Assembly: GCA_964035545.1 (NCBI GenBank) | Contig: OZ037773.1 | Location: 10,755,751 to 10,819,750 of the forward strand | DNA: 64,000 bases | Direction: 5' to 3' | Source: Bugula neritina | Taxonomy: Eukaryota > Animalia > Bryozoa | Part shown: positions 40,301-51,900 of the stretch, piece after piece | Numbering within the stretch: the first letter of the stretch is position 1 | Layout: the number at the start of each line of letters is the position of its first letter | The notes under the pieces: model-generated | What the model saw: only the letters and a program-made list of their open reading frames with translations | What the model was told of the DNA's origin: nothing | The model's database searches: none | Made by a program: the position numbers and the translations under genes

Positions 40301-42471
40301 AAGTACTGTATAGTAATAGTAAGTACTGTATAGTAATAGTACTGTATAGTAATAGTAAGCACTGTATAGTAATAGTAAGTACTGTATAGTAATAGTACTG
40401 TATAGTAATAGTAAGTACTGCATAGTAATAGTAAGTACTGTATAGTAAATACTGTATAGTAATAGTAAGTACTGTGTAGTAATAGTAAGTACTGTATAGT
40501 AATAGTAAGTACTGTATAGTAATAGTAAGTACTGTATAGTAATAGTAAGTACTGTATAGTAACAGTAAGTAGTGTATAGTAATAGTAAGTACTGTATAGT
40601 AATAGTAAGTACTGTATAGTAATAGTAAGTGCTGTATAGTAATAGTAAGTACTGTATAGTAATAGTAAGTAGTGTATAGTAATAGTAAGTACTGTATAGT
40701 AATAGTAAGCCTAGGGCCACACTGTGCGTATTTTTGCATGCGAAAATTAAAATCACAAGTAGCAAAGGTGTCCACTGTAGCGTCAGTGATGCGTGATAAA
40801 TAAAGCTTTCATTTTTAAATCGCACTCGCTTTCAATAAAACGCAATTTACTGGAATATAGCACTAAATAAAGAAATTGGGCTCGCTGAATAACTACCAGC
40901 CAATTAGGTGACGACGACAGAGACGATTCGCACTTGCGTTGAAAATGCAGAGCGACAAGTGCGAATGTTTTCTCAACGCGCACAGTGGACACCTTTGCTA
41001 CTTGTGATTTCAATTTTCGCATGCGAAAATACGCATCGTGTGGCCCTAGGCTGAGTAGTGTATAGTAATAGTAAGTATTGTATAGTAAGTACTGTATAGT
41101 AATAGTAAGTACTGTATAGTAATAGTAAGTACTGTATAGTAATAGTAAGTACTGTATAGTAATAGTAAGTACTGTATAGTAATAGTAAGTACTGTATAGT
41201 AATAGTAAGTACTGTATAGTAATAGTAAGTACTGTATAGTAATAGTAAGTACTGTATAGTAATAGTAAGTATTGTATAGTAATAGTAAGTACTGTATAGT
41301 AATAGTAAGTACTGTATAGTAATAGTAAGTACTGTACGGTAATAGTAAGTACTGTATAGTAATAGTAAGTACTGTACGGTAATAGTAAGTACTGTATAGT
41401 AATAGTAAGTACTGTACGGTAATAGTAAATACTGTATAGTGTAGAGTATACTAGGAAGATGAACTTACCCTCAAATCTCCGTTTAGCATACACAAGTCCC
41501 ATATCATTAGGTATACAGTCAAGTCCACAAGCACCAATTATATAAGCCTCCTTTTCTTTAGCCTTTGCTCCATATTTAAACTCCATTTTCTCCAAAAACT
41601 AAGATTTTATACAAAATTGAAACATAGGGAATCTTCTTATAACATTATAGAAACTCTATACTATATAGAAACACAGTAAATACTAAAGTGATACAAGGTA
41701 AAAGTAGCCTAACCTCTGGCTCTCCAGAAATGTCCACATAGCTGGTACTCGTCTCAACGCAAGCTTTCACGACTGGTTCCCCGTAGAACCTGTACTACAA
41801 GATTAACAACAGTCGACTCTATGTTTCATATATTAGTCTTTATTAATTTCCAATAGTTAGTAATGCCTGTTACTCACACTAGTAAACTCGCACTAGTAAA
41901 CTCACACTAGTAAACTCGCTCTACTTACTGGGCCTACACAATTCAGCACAACTTTGGCCTGAGATGTCATGTTCACCACTGAGTCATAGTCTCCAGTATC
42001 AGCTATGATGATGCTCACATCTTCAAGGTTCTGGCCTGCAGATTACATCATTATTAACTTTTTGAAATTGAATTACAACTCATCTATTGCCAGTCGTCCT
42101 GTAGCGTAGTGATAAAATTGAACAGGCAATAAAGTCAACTGATAGTATTTAGCCATGTAGGGATTATACTAATAGTACTAATACTTACACTTACTCTTAG
42201 TCTTACAGCAATACTTGTAGTTATACTTATAATTATAACAACGAGCTACATTAAAAAAAGGTTAAATTTAATTTATTATGTTTCGAATACCTGTCTGTTT
42301 TTCTACTGCCTTTAATGTACTAGTGAGTTTCGACTGCGAGCGACCAGACACAGCCCATGTCAATTGCTTGTCTTTTTGTGCTTTCATAGCAACTTCTTTA
42401 ACGACAAACTGCCCTGTGAAACCAGATGCACCATAAATAATAAAATCAACTCGTTTAGGTAAGGATGCCAT
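37301..42471 (-). CDS. SCCPDH: Saccharopine dehydrogenase-like oxidoreductase (~415 aa, 10 exons)
   Basis: Exons 42471-42291, 42035-41929, 41794-41714, 41598-41469, 40099-40050, 39952-39822, 39216-39105, 38389-38270, 38137-37893, 37391-37301; GT-AG, 1248 nt. Motifs IIYGASGFTGQFV, WAVSGRS, LNCVGPYRFYGEPVVKAC, YVDISGEPEF, GACGLDCIPNDMG, PFMGAD.SV..RSQ, VSGPDPGYVATS and GGVLT. Confidence 0.95.
37410..37865. repeat. ~30-bp array (CAATAAGTACAACACACACCGTAGTAGATA) in SCCPDH intron 9
   Basis: About 15 moderately diverged copies. Confidence 0.88.
38387..39060 (-). repeat. 21-bp array (sense GTGTATTGTGGTACTCTGTAG) in SCCPDH intron 7
   Basis: About 32 copies; the terminal unit supplies the acceptor CTGTAG|GTG. 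Confidence 0.95.
39233..39778. repeat. 30-bp array (TACTGTAATATATCATAACATACTGTGATA) in SCCPDH intron 6
   Basis: About 18 copies. Confidence 0.95.
40135..41440. repeat. 20-bp array (TAGTAATAGTAAGTACTGTA) in SCCPDH intron 4, interrupted by a MITE
   Basis: Same unit as the array at 61165-64000. Confidence 0.95.
40709..41051. mobile_element. 343-bp MITE, PIF/Harbinger-like
   Basis: About 70-bp TIRs: GCCTAGGGCCACACTGTGCGTATTTTTGCATGCGAAAATT...AAAGGTGTCCACTGT and its inverse at about 40982-41051. Flanked by TAA/TGA (imperfect 3-bp TSD) at the TAA of a satellite unit; no coding capacity. Confidence 0.85.
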
Positions 42472-42909
42472 TCTTATTTTTATAGCCGTAAAAAAACCTT
42501 GTTTTACTTTTGAGAATCTGATCAAATGAGTATGCTACTTAAACAAACTTTTTATTTACACTCGATACGGTTGAACTTGGGAGGCAGTTTTGTACCGGAA
42601 AAAGGGGAAAGGTGGTAAAGTTTGAATGGTTAGTTGCAGACGGCACATGCAGCAGTATTCTGAAAATAGGAGGCTTCAGATATTTGAAAGACGTAAAATT
42701 GTACGCACGTAAAAAAGACGTCTTTCAAAAACGTAAAAGTCAATCTAGGTTCAAGTTCACTTATGATACATCCGACTTGGCAGAGTTCGTCGTAATAATT
42801 AAATTTAATTATTATAACAATAGTAACACAATAATATTTTTGTATGAGTTGAGCTAGCATAGTTCATATCTTTACACTTAAGTTGAAATATGATTTGACT
42901 CTAATCGTC
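42472..42909. promoter_or_regulatory. Probable bidirectional promoter between head-to-head SCCPDH and VPS39
   Basis: Start codons are only 438 bp apart and divergent. The region is satellite-free and retains CpG, with an ETS-like ACCGGAA at about 42594. Confidence 0.6.
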
Positions 42910-45900
42910 ATGCATGAAGCTTATCAAACCACTTCAATTATCGACAAGCTACCATATACAATCGAGAGTTTAGCTGCTTATGGTAATTCAATTTTCAAAA
43001 TATTAATATCTAAAATTAACAGTGAAACTAGAAGTATATTACTATTTAAATATAAAATTAACTATTATATTTATTATTGAATATTCATTCCGATTATTCA
43101 ATAAATATAATTATTATAATTATATTATTGATTTAGGTATGTCAATGTGTTATTGAAAATCAAATTAAATTTATTGTCAATCTAATCTATCAGTATTACT
43201 ATTGGTATTGCATTTACTATTACAGTAATACTATTAGTGATGCTGAGTCTGATAGTCAATTTCGTAATATTATTTATAGTATTTATAATTAGTAATTACT
43301 TTTGTAATTAACTTTACCTTTAGCTTTAAGTCATAATTATAGAAATACAATAATTTATAATTATAATAATTGTTTAATTTTAATAGTAATATTTTTAATA
43401 TTGTTATTTTAAATTTATATTGTGGTAAATTTTGTTTATTGAATCTTATTTTCATTATTTGTAATTATCACGGTAGAATTATATTTATTATTGTCATGAG
43501 CCTAATCAAATATCATTATGAATATTATGAATATTAATAGTAATACTAATATTGAATTTGATATTCATATCTATAATGCCAATGTGATGGTCATGCTAAT
43601 GAATTAAGAATCTTTACCTTGACTTTTTTTCAGTTTCATTTTGAGCTCAAATTATATTTTTATTCTTGTTTTTTATTTTGTTTTGCAAATGGAAATTAAA
43701 TTTTCTTCATACTGTCATCGTGGTGATATTCAAAGTCATAATGCACAGTTTTAAATTAGGCTATGCTCATGTTGATATTTGTAGTTGCACTCATGTTGAA
43801 ACTGATACTAATACTAACCAACCTTATTGTTTTGAATATTAGCAGTACTCATATTGATTGATTGATTATTATTAATATTATGAACATATAGAGTGTAACA
43901 AGTATTTAGATATTATACTATATATAGTAAGTATACAGATATTATAATATATAGTAAGTATACAGATATTATAACGTATAGTAAGTGCACTGCTGATATA
44001 CTTATTGCTGTTTTGATGTTTCCATAGGAAACAAGCTGATAGTTGGGGCTAGGAATGGCTATGCTCTCGTGTATAGAGTTGACTCTAAAGGTAGACTAAA
44101 GAAATATACAACTTGAATACACTGATGTTGTTACCTGCTAATTATTTATTGCATATATGACAGTATATAGTATAACAGTATATAGTATAACAGTATATAG
44201 TATAACAGTATATAGTATAACAGTATATAGTATAACAGTATATAGTATGACAGTATATAGTATAACAGTATATAGTATGACAGTATATAGTATGGGAGTA
44301 TATAGTATGGCAGTATATAGTATAACAGTATATAGTATAACAGTATATAGTATATAACAGTATATAGTATAACAGTATATAGTATAACAGTATATAGTAT
44401 AACAGTATATAGTATATAACAGTATATAGTATAACAGTATATAGTATAACAGTATATAGTATAACAGTATATAGTATATAACAGTATATAGTATAACAGT
44501 ATATAGTATAATAGTATATAGTATAACAGTATATATTACAACAGTATATAGATTATAGTATAACAGTGTATAGTACATATATAATATGGAATACAGGAGG
44601 CTCCATCTATGAGGTGTCCCTGGAACAAGCCTGTAAGACATTCTCCAAGAAGCCGGTGAGCCAGCTTGAGCCTGTGGAAGGTTTAGACATTCTGCTTAGT
44701 CTGAGTGATGGTAATGTTGGAGTGCATGAGTTGGGGTCACTAAAGGTCATGCCCAGGGCTACAGAGTCTGTCGGTGCTACTAAAGGTGCTGCCAGTGCTT
44801 TTGCTGTTGATGTTCAGGTACTGACTGTAATATACTCTGTAATATACACGGTAATATACACTGTAATATAAACTGTAATATACACTGTAATATACACGGT
44901 AATATACACGGTAATATACACTGTAATATACACTGTAATACATACTGTAATATACACTGTAATATACACTATAATATACACTGTAATATACACTGTAATA
45001 TACACTGTAATATACACTGTACTATACACTGTAATATACACTGTACTATACACTATAATATATACTGTACTATACACTATAATATATACTGTGATATACA
45101 CTGTAATATACACTGTAATATACACTATAATATACACGGTAATATACACTGTAGTATACACTGTAATATACACTGTAATATAAACTGTAATATACACGGT
45201 AATATACACGGTAATATACACTGTAATATACCCTGTAATATACACTGTAATGTACACTGTAATATACACTGTAGTATACACTATAATATACACTGTAATA
45301 TACACTGTAATATACACTGTAATATACACTATAATATACACGGTAATATACACTGTAATATACACGGTAATATACACTGTAGTATACACTGTAATATACA
45401 CTGTAATATACACTGTAATATACACTGTAATATACACTATAATATACACGGTAATATACACTGTAATATACACGGTAATATACACTGTAGTATACACTGT
45501 AGTATACACTGTAGTATACACTGTAATATACACTGTAATATACACTATAATATACACTGTAGTATACACTGTAATATACACTGTAATACACACTGTACTA
45601 TATAATCTATAGGTACTGAAGACATTAGACAACAACAAACAGTGGGCTCTGAAGCTGTGTATCTCGGCTAGGAAAAGTATTTATCTGTATTACTGGAAGA
45701 ACAGCAGTGAGATGTTCACAGAGATGTCTGTAAAGATTCCATTGCAAGATATTGCCAAACAACTGTGTTGGTGTAAATCATCCATTTGTGTTGGTTTTAA
45801 ACGGGAATACTATATGATAGACGTGAGTTATGGATAATCATATGGTATGGACGTTGCACGTATCTTGTGGTATGAATTACAACGTCATCCATGTTTCACT

Positions 45901-48900
45901 ACTTTGTAGATTGATAGTGGGGAAAAGAAGGAGCTGTTCCCTATTGGCCGAAATCTTGATCCACTAATCACAAAAGTTGGAGAAGAAAGTTTGACATTGA
46001 ATAGGGACAATATTAGTGTTGTGATAAATCACGAGGGACAACCAACTCAAAAGTAGGTGCATCTCCTGTGTATCTACTATATAAATTATGTTACTATACA
46101 TACATGATATATGTTGGTATATACTGGTATATGCTGATATATTACTAATATATTACTAATATATTACTGATATATTACTGATATATTACTAATATATTGC
46201 TGGTATATACTCATATATACTAATATATTACTGATATATTACTAATATATTACTGGTAAATACTGATATATTACTGATGTTTGTATACAGACATGGTATC
46301 ACGTGGTCGGAAAGCCCCTCTGCTATGCTCTACAGAGCTCCGTATCTTATTGGCATACTGCCAAGGTTTGTAGAAATCCGAACTATTGAACCGCGACACA
46401 TGATTCAGACGCTGGCGCTTGACAGACCTCGTATTCTCTCTCACTCCAGGTACATGTGTTATATAATATACTATGTAATATATTCTCTCTCACACCAGGT
46501 ACATGTGTTATATAGTATACTATGAAATATATTCTCTCTCACACCAGGTACATGTGTTATATAATATACTATGTAATATATTCTCTCTCACACCAGGTAC
46601 ATGTGTTATATAGTATACTATGTAATATATTCTCTCTCACACCAGGTACATGTGTTATATGATATACTATGTAATATATTCTCTCTCACACCAGGTACAT
46701 GTGTTATATAATATACTATGTAATATATTCTCTCTCACACCAGGTACATGTGTTATATAATATACTATGTAATATATTCTCTCCCACACCAGGTACATGT
46801 GTTATATAATATACTATGTAATATATTCTCTCTCACACCAGGTACATGTGTTATACAATATACTATGTAATATATTCTCTCCCACACCAGGTACATGTGT
46901 TATATAGTATACTATGAAATATATTCTCTCTCACACCAGGTACATGTGTTATATAATATACTATGTAATATATTCTCTCTCATACCAGGTACATGTGTTA
47001 TATAGTATACTATGTAATATATTCTCTCTCACACCAGGTACATGTGTTATATAATATACTATGTAATATATTCTCTCTCACACCAGGTACATGTAGTATA
47101 TAGTATACTATGCAATATATTCTCTCTCACATACAGAGACGGTGCCCTCTACGTAGCCTCTCTCAACTGTGTGTGGAGACTCACTTCTCTGTCTGTGAAG
47201 ATGCAAATCACTGAACTGATCAGTAACAAGGAGTTTGAGTTGGCTCTACTTTTGTCTGTGAGTTCATATATATTACAGTGATATACACTATATCATATAT
47301 TACAGTAATATACACTATATCATATATATTACAGTAATATACACCATATCATATATATTACAGTAATATACACTATATCACATATATTACAGTAATATAC
47401 ACTATATCATATATATTACAGTAATATACACTATATCACATACATTACAGTAATATACACTATATCACATATATTACAGTAATATACACTATATCACATA
47501 TATTACAGTAATATACACTATATCATATATATTACAGTAATATACACTATATCATATATATTACAGTAATATACACTATATCATATATATTACAGTAATA
47601 TACACTATATCACATATATTACAGTAATATACACCATATCATATATATTACAGTAATATACACTATCATATATATTACAGTAATATACACTATCATATAT
47701 ATTACAGTAATATACACTATATCATATATATTACAGTAATATACACTATATCATATATATTACAGTAATATACACTATATCACATATATTACAGTAATAT
47801 ACACTATATCATATATATTACAGTAATATACACTATATCATATATGTTACAGTAATATACACTACATCATATACATTACAGTAATATACACTATATCATA
47901 TATATTACAGTGATATACACTATATCATATATATTACAGTAATATACACTATATCATATATATTACAGTAATATACACTATATCATATATATTACAGTAA
48001 TATACACTATATCATATATATTACAGTAATATACACTATATCATATATATTACAGTAATATACACTATATCATATATATTACAGTGATATACACTATATC
48101 ATATATATTACAGTAATATACACTATATCATATATATTACAGTAATATACACTATATCATATATATTACAGTAATATACACTATATCATATATATTACAG
48201 TAATATACACTATATCATATATATTACAGTAATATACACTATATCATATATATTACAGTAATATACACTATATCATATATATTACAGTGATATACACTAT
48301 ATCATATATATTACAGTAATATACACTATATCATATATATTACAGTAATATACACTACATCATATATATTACAGTAATATACACTATATCACATATATTA
48401 CAGTAATATACACTATATCACATATATTACAGTAATACACTATATCATATATATTACAGTAATATACACCATATCCTATATATTACAAGGTATATTACTG
48501 TTGCAGGAGTCTAACAGGTCAGGAAATCTTGAGTCCAGTTTCAAAGGTGCCGAGCAGCAGCTCAACTCTATTAAAAATCTCCATGCATTTGAGTTGTTCT
48601 CCCAGAAGAGGTTTGCTGATTCTATGGGGAAGTTTGCCGACCTGCCTACTGATCCCAGCCACGTGATTGGTCTATACTCGGACCTTTTGCCCTGGGAGTT
48701 TCGGGCTCGAATACAGTATCCACGGGAGGTGGAGGAGTTTAGAGGGTGTGACAGAGAGAACGCCCTGGGAGCTCTCATAGATTACCTGACAGTGGTAAGC
48801 CTACGTCATTCAGAGTACTATGTTAGCATAGTATAATACAGAGTACTATGTTAGCATAGTATAATACAGAGTACTATGTTAGCATAGTATAATACAGAGT

Positions 48901-51900
48901 ACTATGTTAGCATAGTATAATACAGAATAGTATGTTAGCATAGTATAATACAGAGTACTATGTTAGCATAGTATAATACAGAGTACTATGTTAGCATAGT
49001 ATAATACAGAGTACTATGTTAGCATAGTATAATACAGAGTACTATGTTAGCATAGTATAATACAGAGTACTATGTTAGCATAGTATAATACAGAGTACTA
49101 TGTTAGCATAGTATAATACAGAGTACTATGTTAGCATAGTATAATACAGAATAGTATGTTAGCATAGTATAATACAGAATACTATGTTAGCATAGTATAA
49201 TACAGAGTACTATGTTAGCATAGTATAATACAGAATAGTATGTTAGCATAGTATAATACAGAGTACTATGTTAGCATAGTATAATACAGAGTACTATGTT
49301 AGCATAGTATAATACAGAATAGTATGTTAGCATAGTATAATACAGAGTACTATGTTAGCATAGTATAATACAGAGTACTATGTTAGCATAGTATAATACA
49401 GAATAGTATGTTAGCATAGTATAATACAGAGTACTATGTTAGCATAGTATAATACAGAATAGTATGTTAGCATAGTATAATACAGAGTACTATGTTAGCA
49501 TAGTATAATACAGAGTACTATGTTAGCATAGTATAATACAGAGTACTATGTTAGCATAGTATAATACAGAGTACTATGTTAGCATAGTATAATACAGAGT
49601 ACTATGTTAGCATAGTATAATACAGAGTACTATGTTAGCATAGTATAATACAGAGTACTATGTTAGCATAGTATAATACAGAGTACTATGTTAGCATAGT
49701 ATAATACAGAATACTATGTTAGCATAGTATAATACAGAATACTATGTTAGCATAGTATAATACAGAGTACTATGTTAGCATAGTATAATTCAGAGTACTA
49801 TGTTAGCATAGTATAATACAGAGTACTATGTTAGCATAAGTATAATAGTGTGTTATGTTATTAAAGCATCACAGTAATACTCTGTATATACTCTCTCGCT
49901 AACTGTTGTAACAGAAAAGGGCGGAGTTCTCAAAGTTAGATAAGAATGAGAAAGAGATTCATACGGAGCCTCTTATTGAAGGAAGTAAAACTATGAGGAG
50001 TCGAAAACAGCTCAGTCAGATTATTGACACGACTTTACTGAAGTGTTACCTTGAGGTATACTTACTGCAGATTATCTCTTCTATACTTACTGCAGATTAT
50101 CTCTTCTATACTTACTGCAGATTATCTCTTCTATACTTACTGCAGATTATCTCTACTATACTTACTGCAGATTATCTCTTCTATACTTACTGCAGATTAT
50201 CTCTTCTATACTTACTGCAGATTATCTCTTCTATACTTACTGCAGATTATCTCTTCTATACTCACTGCAGATTATCTCTACTATACTTACTGCAGATTAT
50301 CTCTACTATACTTACTGCAGATTATCTCTTCTATACTTACTGCAGATTATCTCTTCTATACTTACTGCAGATTATCTCTTCTATACTTACTGCAGATTAT
50401 CTCTTCTATACTTACTGCAGATTATCTCTACTATACTTACTGCAGATTATCTCTTCTATACTTACTGCAGATTATCTCTTCTATACTTACTGCAGATTAT
50501 CTCTACTATACTTACTGCAGATTATCTCTTCTATACTCACTGCAGATTATCTCTGTAGATCTGCAGATTATCTCTTTAGATAAATGACGCTTTGGTTGCC
50601 CCTCTGCTCAGACTGAAAGACAATTTCTGTCACATTGAGGAGAGTGAGACGGTGTTGAGGGCCAACGGCAAACTGGATGAGCTCATCATTCTCTACGAGA
50701 CGAAACAACTGCATGAGAAAGGTGGGAAACTTGTTATATGTTAGTGATATACTTGTAATATGTTAGTAATATACTTGTAATATGTTAGTAATATACTTGT
50801 TATATGTTAGTAATATACTTGTTATATGTTAGTAATATACTTGTTATATGTTAGTAATATACTTGTTATATGTTAGTAATATACATGTTATATGTTAGTA
50901 ATATACTTGTTATATGTTAGTAATATACATGTTATATGTCAGTAATATACTTGTTATATGCTATTAGTTGAAATATTTTAGCCCTGAACCTGCTGCTTCA
51001 ACAGTCTCAGTCAACTAATGCTCCGAGCTCCCTTCGAGGCGTTGAAAGAACTGTAGACTATCTACAGAAGTTGGATAGAACTCAGTCTAAGATCATCTTT
51101 AACTACTCTGTGTGGGTGATGAAAGCAGATCCTGAGAAAGGTCTTTCTGTGAGTTATAATACTTGTTATACATATCATATATTAGCTACTATTACTTGCT
51201 ATACATATCATATACCAGCTACTATTACTTGTTATACATATCATATATTAGCTACTATTACTTGTTATACATATCATATATCAACTACTATTACTTGTTA
51301 TACATATCATATATCAGCTACTATTACTTGTTATACATATCATATATTAGCTACTATTACTTGTTATACATATCATATATCAACTACTATTACTTGTTAT
51401 ACATATCATATATCAGCTACTATTACTTGTTATACATATCATATATTAGCTACTATTACTTGTTATACATATCATATATCAACTACTATTACTTGCTATA
51501 CATATCATATATCAACTACTATTACTTGTTATACATATCATATATTAGCTACTATTACTTGCTATACATATCATATATCATATATTAGCTACTATTACTT
51601 GTTATACATATCATATATCAACTACTATTACTTGCTATACATATCATATATCAACTACTATTACTTGTTATACATATCATATATTAGCTACTATTACTTG
51701 CTATACATATCATATATCAGCTACTATTACTTGTTATACATATCATATATTAGCTACTATTACTTGTTATACATATCATATATCAACTACTATTACTTGC
51801 TATACATATCATATATCAGCTACTATTACTTGCTATACATATCATATATCAGCTACTATTACTTGCTATACATATCATATATCAGCTACTAATACTTGCT

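Noticed and set aside
42612-42860. Short ORFs between SCCPDH and VPS39
   Set aside because: No recognisable motifs; they lie in the presumed promoter/5'-UTR region.
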